Source: a virus. Taken from it: a stretch of 19,258 nucleotides of DNA. Within the stretch, counting starts at the first letter, position 1, and each line of letters starts with the position of its first letter. Shown here in pieces: positions 1-7,840 of this stretch. A model generated the notes under the pieces. It did no database searches. It had not been told where the DNA came from and was given only the letters and a program-made list of their open reading frames with translations. The DNA is taken from UHGV virus genome UHGV-0045429. One strand, written 5' to 3'. A program made the translations under genes and the position numbers.

Positions 1-675
1 TTAGCGCAGTTCAAAAAGATAACCTTGCCCACGTACGGTGGTGATCACCTCATGCGGATATTGCGCCTGAATTTTTTTACGCAGACGTCCCATCAGGACA
101 TCAATGGTGTGACTTTCACGCAGTTCGGCATCCGGGTAGAGCTGTAACATAAGCGAATCTTTACTAACGACTTTGCCGCTATTACGGATCAGCGTTTCCA
201 TAATGGTGTATTCGAAAGCCGTAAGTTTGATCACTTCATCGTTCACGGACAGTTCGCGGCGAGAAAGGTCCACCTGAAATGGCGGAAGCGAGATTATCTG
301 CGAGGCCAGGCCACTATTGCGGCGCATCAATGCCTGCATTCTTGCAACCACTTCTTCAATGTGAAACGGTTTGGTGACGTAATCATCTGCACCGGCACTG
401 AGCACTTCCACTTTGTCCTGCCAGCCTTCACGGGCAGTTAATACCAGAATGGGCAATGAAACGTCATTACTGCGCCAGCGGCGGATCAGTGATAGTCCGT
501 CTTCATCGGGGAGCCCTAAATCGACGATCGCAATATCCGGCAGGTGTTCATTAAGAAAATAGTCTGCTTCCTTTGCATCTTCTGCATCATCCACCTGGTG
601 GCCTAAATCCTGGAGCTGAACCTTAAGGTGGTGGCGTAATAATGCATTATCCTCAACAACCAGCACGCGCATCAT
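1..675 (-). CDS. phoP: PhoP, OmpR-family two-component response regulator (complete; stop codon at positions 1-3)
   Basis: 224-aa ORF; [20 protein letters not shown]... through ...TVRGQGY matches enterobacterial PhoP as I recall it (receiver domain plus winged-helix output). Tandem ATG ATG at 675/672 with GGGAGA upstream; true start may be 672. Confidence 0.9.
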   Translation of the reverse strand: MMRVLVVEDNALLRHHLKVQLQDLGHQVDDAEDAKEADYFLNEHLPDIAIVDLGLPDEDGLSLIRRWRSNDVSLPILVLTAREGWQDKVEVLSAGADDYVTKPFHIEEVVARMQALMRRNSGLASQIISLPPFQVDLSRRELSVNDEVIKLTAFEYTIMETLIRNSGKVVSKDSLMLQLYPDAELRESHTIDVLMGRLRKKIQAQYPHEVITTVRGQGYLFELR

Positions 676-745
676 TGTTTCTCCCTAAATTCATGGTACG
701 AATAGTTTAACGCTGATTATGTAGATTGAAAGCAGCGCTATGAAA
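676..745 (-). promoter_or_regulatory. phoP upstream control region, compressed to ~70 bp between the phoP start and the integrase stop
   Basis: Minus-strand reading upstream of phoP gives ...AGTTATTTAATTTCAT...ACATAATCAGCGTTAAACTATT...GGGAGAAACA ATG. This resembles the E. coli phoP promoter/PhoP-box region from memory, but the direct-repeat box looks degenerate. Confidence 0.35.
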
Positions 746-2035
746 TTAAATAACTTTTTTCATGCTCCCTCGCCCGTGGGGGCGTCCTGGGGGCAGTGCT
801 GTTGGCATCTGATTGTTCAGCATGTTGACCTGATCCTGGTTCATGTCGCCAATCCACTTGGAGTAAACCTCGTACACCATTCGCGCATCTTCATGCCCCA
901 TCTGACTCGCTATGAATGACGGGTTCGCTCCGGCCATCAACGTCCAGCAGGCATAGGTATGCCGTGACTGATAAGGATTCCTTTCGCGGATATTGGCAAG
1001 TTTAGTACCTCGCTTCCAGCCATAGGCAATCGAGTTCTTGGAAAAGTAACTGCCTTTCTTTGACGAATATGCTGTCGGTGAAAAAACGAAGCGAAGAGAT
1101 TGCTGCTCAGTTTTACCGATCTCCCGATGGTGAAATCGAATTTCTTGCTTCGGATTAGCGCCGGTGATTTCGTATTGCTCCTTCAGTGCATCCAGAGCAG
1201 GCCTAAGCAACGTTATTGTCCTTATTCCGGCATCTGTCTTAGGAGGTACAAATACTCGCTTATTCGTCAAACTTCTGGATACGTGGATTTCACCTTTTAC
1301 CAAATCAATATCTTCCCATGCCAGGGCGCACATCTCGCCCGGCCTCATCCCCGTATGTACGGCAACAATGATGATTAATGCCTGGCTACGGGGAAGGGCG
1401 GCTATCAGTGCCTGGTACTCATGAAGTAAAAGTGGGTCGGGATCATTTTTAGATAACTTGAGTCGCGACACTCCTTCATAAGGAGCATGCAATATAAACT
1501 GGCTTCGGTTTGCGAGCTTAAGCATTTCTGATAAAACTGCCATCTGTTTATTGACTGTTGAGGGCGCGCGGCCTTGCCGGGCCAGATTCGGCATTGCCGG
1601 GTTAATAATTGTACCGGTCAATAACTCCTTTCGGTAATGCAAAATATCGGCATGCTCAATATCTACCAGACGGGTATTTTCTCCGATTACACGCTGTAAC
1701 GTATTTACGACCGAAGTAAGCGATAGCAGCGTTGCACCAGATACCTCTAAGGCTTTGGTGTCTGTAAAAAAATCACTCAACTCTTTAAACGTGGTGATTT
1801 TTTTGGTTGTGATGAACTTCTTAAGCGCTTTGGATTCCGGGAAGCGTTCCGCATAGTCGAACTTACCGAGCTGTATTTCGCTTGTGATGAGTGCGCGAAG
1901 ATTTCCAGCTTTTTTGATGTTGCTGCTGTTCACCGTCCAACCGCGAAGGACTTCGCGGCAACGTTTGCCGCGATAGGTAAATGTAATCCGTATTTTCCCA
2001 TTATGCAGCTCAACGCCGGTTGGAAAGTCCATCAT
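746..2035 (-). CDS. int: Phage tyrosine integrase with N-terminal arm-binding domain
   Basis: 429-aa ORF; C-terminal catalytic signature ...RHTYACW...GHEDARMVYEVYSKW (R/H-x-x-R/Tyr). Start overlaps the stop of the upstream xis-like ORF. Confidence 0.9.
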   Translation of the reverse strand: MMDFPTGVELHNGKIRITFTYRGKRCREVLRGWTVNSSNIKKAGNLRALITSEIQLGKFDYAERFPESKALKKFITTKKITTFKELSDFFTDTKALEVSGATLLSLTSVVNTLQRVIGENTRLVDIEHADILHYRKELLTGTIINPAMPNLARQGRAPSTVNKQMAVLSEMLKLANRSQFILHAPYEGVSRLKLSKNDPDPLLLHEYQALIAALPRSQALIIIVAVHTGMRPGEMCALAWEDIDLVKGEIHVSRSLTNKRVFVPPKTDAGIRTITLLRPALDALKEQYEITGANPKQEIRFHHREIGKTEQQSLRFVFSPTAYSSKKGSYFSKNSIAYGWKRGTKLANIRERNPYQSRHTYACWTLMAGANPSFIASQMGHEDARMVYEVYSKWIGDMNQDQVNMLNNQMPTALPPGRPHGRGSMKKVI

Positions 2036-2247
2036 GCTTCCTGTACTAATTGGTTAATCTTTGGATAGTTGTACCAAAGCAGACCTTTAGAATTGCCAGT
2101 TTCCCCGAGAGCTGTCAGATGTTTGAAATGCACGCCTTCGATCCACAAATTCAACCGATAACTTTTAATTTGTCTTTCAGACAAGCCGGTCTTTTCTGTT
2201 AGTCGCGCTTCAACCATCCACTCTTCGCTGAAAATGAGTTGCGACAT
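2032..2247 (-). CDS. xis: Excisionase-like small DNA-binding protein
   Basis: Start chosen at MSQLIFSEEWMVEARLTEKTGLSERQIKSY... with a GGAG RBS 7 nt upstream. 4-nt overlap with the int start. Resembles the small prophage excisionase family; the 92-aa track ORF is probably over-extended at the N-terminus. Confidence 0.7.
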   Translation of the reverse strand: MSQLIFSEEWMVEARLTEKTGLSERQIKSYRLNLWIEGVHFKHLTALGETGNSKGLLWYNYPKINQLVQEA

Positions 2248-2306
2248 ACATAACTCCGATGCCGCCAGCCACAACAGTACATGCTGCGGTTGGCGAATAT
2301 TGATAA

Positions 2307-2534
2307 TCAAAAATCAGTAGTTGGTTTTGTCTTACGTTTTTGGCGCCGTTTTTTCTTCGGCTTGATGCTTGGTGGCATAACGAGCCGACGCGCTGGTGGC
2401 AGACTAAAAACATGCTCACTGATCTGTCTGCGTTCTCTCATTTTCCATACATGCCATGCCGTCCAGTCACACCCATCATCACAGATGTGCTGCGAGCGGA
2501 TCAGCGCTTCATCGCCGGTTAAATTCTCTGTCAC
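2307..2534 (-). CDS. Small hypothetical protein with Cys/His cluster and strongly basic C-terminus (KPKKKRRQKRKTKP)
   Basis: 75-aa ORF with a GTG start overlapping the stop of the upstream large ORF (GTGA coupling); sits between the RecE-like gene and xis. No family recognised. Confidence 0.35.
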   Translation of the reverse strand: MTENLTGDEALIRSQHICDDGCDWTAWHVWKMRERRQISEHVFSLPPARRLVMPPSIKPKKKRRQKRKTKPTTDF

Positions 2535-4399
2535 TGCTCCGCCTCCGCACTTATAACCCCAGCGGCCAGCGCAGCTGCCATGTGTGGCAATTCGTCAAAA
2601 TCACCTCGATATGCCGGGTTAGCGCACATCCCCTGCAGAGCCGCTAGCGTCAGCTGCTGGCGGTAGGTCAGGGTGGTAGACAGTTCACCATTGGTGACGT
2701 CGCTACCCGGTGAGGAAGCAGGCAATTCTGGTTTTTTCTTCGGTTTGGCTGTGACAACTGCTGGAGCTATCACTATCGGTTTTGGTGGCTCTGGTCGGCG
2801 ACATTCCACGATCGCATCGAGGGCGATTTTCTGACGCAAGGCAGCATCATCAGACCAGCCATCAAGAATTGTCGTTGCGACATCGTGAATTTCGTCATCG
2901 TTGAAATTAGGGGACAGACAAAATTCAGTGGTGGCGATATCGATGATCAGCAGAGGAAGAACGTCAGCGATAATATGACCGGTGCATGCCACAACGCCTT
3001 CCGCTTCTTCCTTACCCATAACGTCAGTACGTCCCGAAAGCAGGTCGTTCAGTGCGTGGGCAATCTCAATTTCATGATCATCCAGAAGTGGGCGACCGTC
3101 TTCCTGTTCGGTCACTTCCGTTTTTTCGCCCTCATTTGAGGCGCTATTGGCAAATGCTGCATCCAGTTCCCTGTTGAGCTCCGCAGCGCGAGACGGGCAG
3201 ACTGCCGGTATTTCAGTTCCGTTCTGTAATGTCTGTTCGGTTTGATCATTGAGGACCACCTCATTATTTTTTTGTGGCAGTGGGGCGGATGTACGGCCGC
3301 ATGCGATATCAACAATCAGTGGATCCGGATTTGCGTGATTTGACTCAGTCAGGTTTTTATTGATGTATTCGCGCAGTTTTACCGGATCGCGGTAGATATC
3401 CTCCGGAGAGGATTTAATTAGGGCAATAATTGCTGCGCGGGAAAAATCCAGAATACCGGGCGTGCGACGTAACTGTTTCCACCATGCAGTAAAGCGCTCA
3501 TCGGTTGCGGTTTCTTCCATTTTTTTGGCACGCTCATGAACGGCATGCGGCAGTTCGTAGATGTCGAAATCCATAGCAATACCCAGAATACCTATGCAGA
3601 CCTCGCGGCGCAGGGTTGCCAGCGTATGAGGTAGAACGCGATCGGTTGGGTTACCGCCGCCGAGCGTACAGCCTGATTCGGTGTGTGTGTCTTCACTGGT
3701 TTCAGGTTCGTCAGTTTTAAGTTTTACTGGCTCGCGTTTATCGGGCGGGGTCTCAGCCCATTGGGTAAACAGGTTTTTATAGTCTGGCCATTTAGCATTG
3801 TCGCGCGCCCTCTGACGCACCCAGGCCAGGCATTCGGTCTGTTTTTCAGGAAGCATGGCAAGAATGCGGGGTTCTTTGGCAAGACCCTCTGCCTGTTCGC
3901 GTAAAGGGCTAAATTCATCATCATTCAGCATGTCGATTAACTGGCCATACTGAGAAGGGGTGATTTCATCAATGACACCAAACACCGCGAGGCAGTATGA
4001 GCGGGCCAGCACATCCAGTTCTTTCACCGGTTTCATTTTTTCTTCTGTCGCGTCAGCATTGAGTTGTTCATTACCGCCAGCAAGCTCTGGCTCAACTATG
4101 ACGCGCTCTGGTTCACCTTTCTCCGCATTCCAGACAATTTCACCAGTGAAGAGGTCGGTATAGAACTGTCCCTCAACAGTGCAGAACATTCCTTCTTCTG
4201 TTTCCCAGACCTTGGGGGCGAAATAATCATCAGCATAATCTGGCGCGAACTGTATAAAGTCAGCATGCAGTAATGTCTTTGCAATTGTTTTATTTTTCGC
4301 TTGTTTAAAAGCAACATAAACCGGAAGTGTACTGTCTTTTTCAAGTGCACTTTTTTTCGGTTCGAATCTCCCGCCAAATTTTTTTAATCCAGTTGTCAT
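2531..4399 (-). CDS. Large acidic early-left protein resembling the N-terminal region of RecE (exonuclease VIII); no C-terminal nuclease domain recognisable
   Basis: Start taken at MTTGLKKFGG (ATG 4399, GAGG RBS 6 nt upstream). Segments GGGNPTDR...MDFDIYELPHAVHERAKKMEE and LREYINKNLTESNHANPDPLIVDIACGRTSAPLPQ match what I recall of the E. coli Rac RecE N-terminal region. No recT-like ORF follows. Confidence 0.6.
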   Translation of the reverse strand: MTTGLKKFGGRFEPKKSALEKDSTLPVYVAFKQAKNKTIAKTLLHADFIQFAPDYADDYFAPKVWETEEGMFCTVEGQFYTDLFTGEIVWNAEKGEPERVIVEPELAGGNEQLNADATEEKMKPVKELDVLARSYCLAVFGVIDEITPSQYGQLIDMLNDDEFSPLREQAEGLAKEPRILAMLPEKQTECLAWVRQRARDNAKWPDYKNLFTQWAETPPDKREPVKLKTDEPETSEDTHTESGCTLGGGNPTDRVLPHTLATLRREVCIGILGIAMDFDIYELPHAVHERAKKMEETATDERFTAWWKQLRRTPGILDFSRAAIIALIKSSPEDIYRDPVKLREYINKNLTESNHANPDPLIVDIACGRTSAPLPQKNNEVVLNDQTEQTLQNGTEIPAVCPSRAAELNRELDAAFANSASNEGEKTEVTEQEDGRPLLDDHEIEIAHALNDLLSGRTDVMGKEEAEGVVACTGHIIADVLPLLIIDIATTEFCLSPNFNDDEIHDVATTILDGWSDDAALRQKIALDAIVECRRPEPPKPIVIAPAVVTAKPKKKPELPASSPGSDVTNGELSTTLTYRQQLTLAALQGMCANPAYRGDFDELPHMAAALAAGVISAEAEQ

Positions 4400-4406
4400 A
4401 ATAACC

Positions 4407-4607
4407 TCAATAATGTTTATGTGAATGGCGTGCATTGCTTCTGCTTAAATTACAGCGCCGTGGTTCATGAATTTGTTTGTAGGAGATAGCATGCTCAAGG
4501 CTACAGAAATAAGCAGTCACTACTCTCTTATGAATTCTTTTTGTTGATTTATACATGGAATCATCAGAACTCCATTTTTTACAATACGGACAGCACTCAA
4601 GTGTCAC
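4407..4607 (-). CDS. Small Cys-rich ORF (possible zinc-binding protein); weakly supported
   Basis: 66-aa ORF with GTG start preceded by GGGAGGG; translation MTLECCPYCKKW... Position is analogous to the small ydaE/racC-type genes upstream of recE in Rac, but there is no sequence-level confirmation. Confidence 0.3.
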   Translation of the reverse strand: MTLECCPYCKKWSSDDSMYKSTKRIHKRVVTAYFCSLEHAISYKQIHEPRRCNLSRSNARHSHKHY

Positions 4608-4732
4608 TTACCCTCCCTGCATAGCTGGCTATGACAGGGCCATCATTGATGGATATAGTTAGCCCTGCCAGTTAAGGCATAAATAAAAACTCTCTTAATT
4701 GTTTGAAGTTATTGAAGGGGGTAAATAAAAGT

Positions 4733-4918
4733 TCAGCGTAAAAACTCGCTAATATTAACCCTCTGGTCGTTAACTATTTTGGTCATTACTTTGATGAAAC
4801 ACATATCCAGCACCGCCTCATCTTTATATTTTTGAACGCCGGTTATATCAGCCACAGCTTTTTTATATTCAGCTTCAGCTGTACGCTGGGCAATATCTTC
4901 GCTGGTAAATTTAACCAT
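4733..4918 (-). CDS. Hypothetical small early-left protein (61 aa)
   Basis: ATG at 4918 (MVKFTSEDIAQRTAEAEYKK...); 8-nt overlap with the upstream ORF suggests translational coupling. The track ORF from 4990 is probably an over-extension. Confidence 0.5.
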   Translation of the reverse strand: MVKFTSEDIAQRTAEAEYKKAVADITGVQKYKDEAVLDMCFIKVMTKIVNDQRVNISEFLR

Positions 4919-5105
4919 TGGCACGCACCATCCTGAGTAAAGATTCCGTGTGATCGAGAGCTGCCTTCTGTTGTTCGTACAGTGCCTCAAGTTCAGCTGT
5001 AAGGCGGTCGCGAAACGCAGGAACGCTTAACTGGTAAATAAAATTACTTACTGAGCTTTCCACATCAGGATCCCCGTCCGGTATAACTGGCTGTGAATTT
5101 TTCAT
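4911..5105 (-). CDS. Hypothetical small early-left protein (64 aa)
   Basis: ATG at 5105 (MKNSQPVIPDGDPD...) with a GGAGGG RBS immediately upstream; first ORF of the leftward operon. Confidence 0.55.
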   Translation of the reverse strand: MKNSQPVIPDGDPDVESSVSNFIYQLSVPAFRDRLTAELEALYEQQKAALDHTESLLRMVRANG

Positions 5106-5135
5106 AAACCCTCCGGTAAAAAGGTGCCCATCGTG

Positions 5136-5155
5136 GGAGATGGGCAAATACCACG
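5136..5155 (-). terminator. Terminator-like hairpin just upstream of the first early-left gene
   Basis: On the minus-strand transcript: GCCCATC-TCCCAC-GATGGGC followed by ACCTTTTTA (7-bp stem plus U-rich tail) immediately 5' of the RBS of the 64-aa ORF. Confidence 0.35.
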
Positions 5156-5182
5156 CGGCACACACTGCAATTAATCACATCT

Positions 5183-5246
5183 GCAAGCGCACTCCGCCTG
5201 TTTCACACCTGTCACCCATAACTGGTAAGTGAAGGAGTGCGCTTGC
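5183..5246. repeat. 13-bp perfect inverted repeat with 38-nt spacer inside the ORF-poor leader
   Basis: GCAAGCGCACTCC at 5183-5195 and its reverse complement GGAGTGCGCTTGC at 5234-5246; arms extend by a further 5 bp with a bulge. Confidence 0.5.
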
Positions 5247-5940
5247 ATGTTGTGTTCGCGGGGTCTACTTCCCTCCTGACACGGTTCTTTCCCCGCGTCA
5301 TCGTGTGTTCATTCGGTACATGAAACCCATTTGCCGGGATTCCACCGACTCCCATCTGTTTTTAAAGCCACTCAGATATCGTCTGGGCTTGCTCGTCTTT
5401 TCGAGCCGTCAGCGTTCTACTTCCCGCCGTCACTGCCGTGTTTACACAGTTGAACGTCTGCCGCTGTTCTCGGTGCTGGTACCGCCACTGTCCAGGACAT
5501 TTATAAGGGCCGTCTCCAAGTGGTAACTCTTCCAGTCCCGGTAAGAACCCTGCGAGATGCTTAGCGTGACTGGCTGTTATTCCCTGAAAAAGGCTGGCGG
5601 TTACCGGAAATACACGGGAAAACACCGGGCCGCCAAAACAGGGGGCTACTTGTTATTGCTTTGGCCTGCTTTTATCCACATCAGGCGCGGTGGTAGGTAT
5701 CTTCGGGCGGGGGCCAGTGACCAGCTGGCATCCCTACGGTACTTTTCACCGACAACCGCGGGTTAGACGGTTCCGTTTCGTCGGATAGAGCTGTCGATGC
5801 TGGTAGTCACTCCAGCCCGTAACCCCTCCCGAAGACACCTGTTTAGCGTTAAAACTTAAAATCTGTTTCCCCTTTATCGCCAGGGTAAGCGGAACAGTTT
5901 GATTCTGAGTAATCACTGCGTGTGGTTACTTGATGGAATA

Positions 5941-5996
5941 AACTTAGGTTAACTTAAGTTTTCAATCAAGATTTATTTTGTAGAAAAACCTAAGTT
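5941..5996. promoter_or_regulatory. Left operator-like region (OL analogue): inverted AACTTAGGTT / AACCTAAGTT half-sites downstream of the repressor gene
   Basis: AACTTAGGTT at 5941-5950 and its exact reverse complement AACCTAAGTT at 5987-5996. The 10-mer AAAACCTAAG (5985-5994) recurs exactly at 6521-6530 in the repressor/cro intergenic region. Confidence 0.45.
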
Positions 5997-6046
5997 TATG
6001 GGTGTAAAAACATAACTCATTGATTTTATGAGTTGAATATTTTGGT

Positions 6047-6463
6047 TTATTTTACTCGGGTTTTTCTTTTTCTCTTCTCTGCTTCTAGCAGTTCTTGCAG
6101 GCGGATGCTGTTGTTTTCGTTACGAGCGCGTAACTCTTCGAGGAAGCCGATCTGATCTGACTCGGGAAGTGAATCAAAGAGTTCTAATAACTCTAATTGA
6201 ATATCAGTTAATTCTCTTTGCTCTTCTAATGGTACCGGCGCGCCCGGAATCTGGGCCTCATCACCAAAAAGAAGCCATGCTGGCGCGCACTGCAGGCCTT
6301 TGCTAAGGGCGAACAACCTCTTTCCCGCCGGTTGAGTTTCATCGCGTTCCCACTGGGAAATAGTTACGTGTGCGACCTTTACCAGTTTGCCCAAGGCAGC
6401 CTGGGAAAGGTTTAGCTCTTTGCGTCGCCTTAAAAGACGAGTACCGAAGGTTTCTTTATCCAT
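6047..6463 (-). CDS. DicA/RacR-type prophage repressor (XRE-family HTH, no S24 peptidase domain)
   Basis: 138-aa ORF; N-terminal HTH (LNLSQAALGKLVKVAHVTISQWERDETQP), LFALSKGLQCAPAWLLFGDE and LELLELFDSLPESDQ closely parallel E. coli DicA as I recall it. No recognisable RBS before the ATG. Confidence 0.85.
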   Translation of the reverse strand: MDKETFGTRLLRRRKELNLSQAALGKLVKVAHVTISQWERDETQPAGKRLFALSKGLQCAPAWLLFGDEAQIPGAPVPLEEQRELTDIQLELLELFDSLPESDQIGFLEELRARNENNSIRLQELLEAEKRKRKTRVK

Positions 6464-6484
6464 ATTAGGTAATTCTAAATTCTC

Positions 6485-6531
6485 TTGACTTAAATTTCCC
6501 TACGATCTAGTTTCCTTAGGAAAACCTAAGG
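6485..6531 (+). promoter_or_regulatory. Right operator/promoter region (OR analogue) between divergent repressor and cro-like genes
   Basis: TTGACT at 6485-6490; perfect palindrome CCTTAGG-AAAA-CCTAAGG at 6514-6531, overlapping the AAGGAG RBS of the DicC-like gene. Confidence 0.5.
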
Positions 6532-6541
6532 AGATTTAATC

Positions 6542-6766
6542 GTGCTTAAAAAAGACGCAGTTATTTTTTTTGGAAGCAAATCAAAATTGGCAAAGGCTGC
6601 TGGTGTTGCTGCTTCATCAGTTTCTGTATGGGGCGACCTCGTGCCAGAGAAAAATGCGATGAGACTACAAATCGCTTCTGATGGTGCCCTGCGATATGAC
6701 CCCGAGGTCTATGACAAACATGCTAAAGCAAAACGGTCAGGAGAATTGAATGATGAAAATCAATGA
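6542..6766 (+). CDS. DicC/YdaS-like Cro-type regulator
   Basis: 74-aa ORF, GTG start with AAGGAG 8 nt upstream; MLKKDAVIFFGSKSKLAKAAG...GDLVPE...MRLQ...YDPEVYD closely matches E. coli DicC from memory; divergent from the repressor. Confidence 0.8.
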   Translation: MLKKDAVIFFGSKSKLAKAAGVAASSVSVWGDLVPEKNAMRLQIASDGALRYDPEVYDKHAKAKRSGELNDENQ

Positions 6767-7229
6767 GATCAAGTTACTGGCTATCGAGCTTGAAGAGTGG
6801 GCGATGAAGGATGGCAGGAAAGGGGGCTGGAAAAAGATTGTCCCACTGATTACCTCGCATCACTACGGTGATTTGCTGGATAGCCTGGCAGATATCGTGG
6901 ACCCGTCAGAGTATGTGCGCCGCCTGCATAACAACACGCAGATCATCCAGCGGGCATTTCGAAATGACACGCCGAACTATCGTGGTCAGGCAGCTGCGCT
7001 TGCGCCAGCAATCAGGGCTGCGATGGATGCAGAGCTGGCTGGTCAGCATGACTTACATAACCTGGTGGCCATTGCTAACCGCGAGTGCATCGAGGCGACC
7101 AGTGCGGTGCTGACTGGTAAGCCAATGCAGGTAATCCGCAAAGAAACGTCAGAGGCAATTCAGGCACTGGCCGATCTCATCCCCGGCGTCAGCATCCAGT
7201 TTAACCATATTGGTCCGCGCGCGGCGTAA
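6750..7229 (+). CDS. YdaT-like protein (third gene of the racR-ydaS-ydaT type immunity cluster)
   Basis: 159-aa ORF overlapping the DicC-like stop by 17 nt; AGGAG RBS; central NTQIIQRAFRNDTP...LAPAIRAAMD segment resembles the YdaT family as I recall it. Confidence 0.6.
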   Translation: MMKINEIKLLAIELEEWAMKDGRKGGWKKIVPLITSHHYGDLLDSLADIVDPSEYVRRLHNNTQIIQRAFRNDTPNYRGQAAALAPAIRAAMDAELAGQHDLHNLVAIANRECIEATSAVLTGKPMQVIRKETSEAIQALADLIPGVSIQFNHIGPRAA

Positions 7230-7241
7230 CAGGAGGCTCCC

Positions 7242-7484
7242 ATGCTTGCCCAGGAATTAGTAGACCGCATGAAAAATGCGATGAAGCACAAAGTACCGGC
7301 GGAGACAGTCGATCGCAGCGCTGAACTGATTCCGGGGATGAAATACCGCAACGAACGCGGACGCATGGTGACGGTAATGAGAGTTTCTCATCTTCGGGTT
7401 ATGTACCGATACGAAGGTTATCAGGACATCTGCGAGACAGGCCGGAGAGAGTTTGATTTGAAATTTAAGAAGGTGGAATTGTGA
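7242..7484 (+). CDS. Hypothetical phage protein (80 aa)
   Basis: ATG at 7242 with AGGAGG 5 nt upstream; tightly packed between the YdaT-like and HNH genes. Confidence 0.6.
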   Translation: MLAQELVDRMKNAMKHKVPAETVDRSAELIPGMKYRNERGRMVTVMRVSHLRVMYRYEGYQDICETGRREFDLKFKKVEL

Positions 7485-7486
7485 GT

Positions 7487-7840
7487 ATGAATTGCTGTGG
7501 CTGCCACAATCCTTTGGATGAGGACGAAATCTATAAACTTGCAGAGCGGTGCGGAATTTCGATCTGTGACCGTTGCGCGGGTAAGGTCGAACGCAGCTAT
7601 AACGAATGGCACGGTGGTCCTGGATATTTCCCCAAACCCCCTAAACACCCCCGCAAAAATATCTCACCGGGAGTGAGATTAAAAATTTATCGAAGGGATA
7701 AATACCGCTGTAAATATTGCGGCACCAGTGATGATCTCACCATTGATCATATTCAGCCTGTCTCTAAAGGCGGCGGAAATGAAGATGAAAATCTCCAGAC
7801 CTTATGTCGTGCCTGTAACCGCAGGAAGGGGGCGTCATGA
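7487..7840 (+). CDS. HNH endonuclease
   Basis: Cys-rich N-terminus plus H-N-H core ...DLTIDHIQPVSKGGGNEDENLQTLCRACNRRKG; ATG 7487 preferred over GTG 7481 because AGGTGGA lies 9 nt upstream. Confidence 0.8.
   Translation: MNCCGCHNPLDEDEIYKLAERCGISICDRCAGKVERSYNEWHGGPGYFPKPPKHPRKNISPGVRLKIYRRDKYRCKYCGTSDDLTIDHIQPVSKGGGNEDENLQTLCRACNRRKGAS

Noticed and set aside
1100-1424. Plus-strand ORFs (92 aa and 86 aa) inside the integrase gene
   Set aside because: Entirely antisense to a well-supported integrase CDS; no RBS; low-complexity translations. Treated as spurious.
2210-2647. Several overlapping 60-91-aa ORFs on both strands around the xis / RecE-like junction
   Set aside because: Mutually overlapping and antisense to better-supported genes; only the GTG-started 2307-2534 ORF was kept, at low confidence.
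2885-4377. Short ORFs on either strand inside the RecE-like gene (2885-3139, 3112-3315, 3683-3904, 3724-3924, 3960-4163, 4064-4273, 4096-4377)
   Set aside because: Embedded in or antisense to a long ORF with recognisable family similarity; no independent support.
5305-5766. ORFs of 69-87 aa in the early-left leader, including minus-strand 5362-5625 with an arginine-containing stretch that made me consider an N-like antiterminator
   Set aside because: The minus-strand ORF starts at GTG with no RBS and its basic region is only superficially N-like; the plus-strand ORFs run against the operon. Left as a possibility under the structured-leader finding, not called as genes.
6868-7648. Alternative-frame ORFs overlapping the YdaT-like gene, the 80-aa gene and the HNH gene
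   Set aside because: Overlap stronger RBS-supported ORFs in the same region; no motifs.
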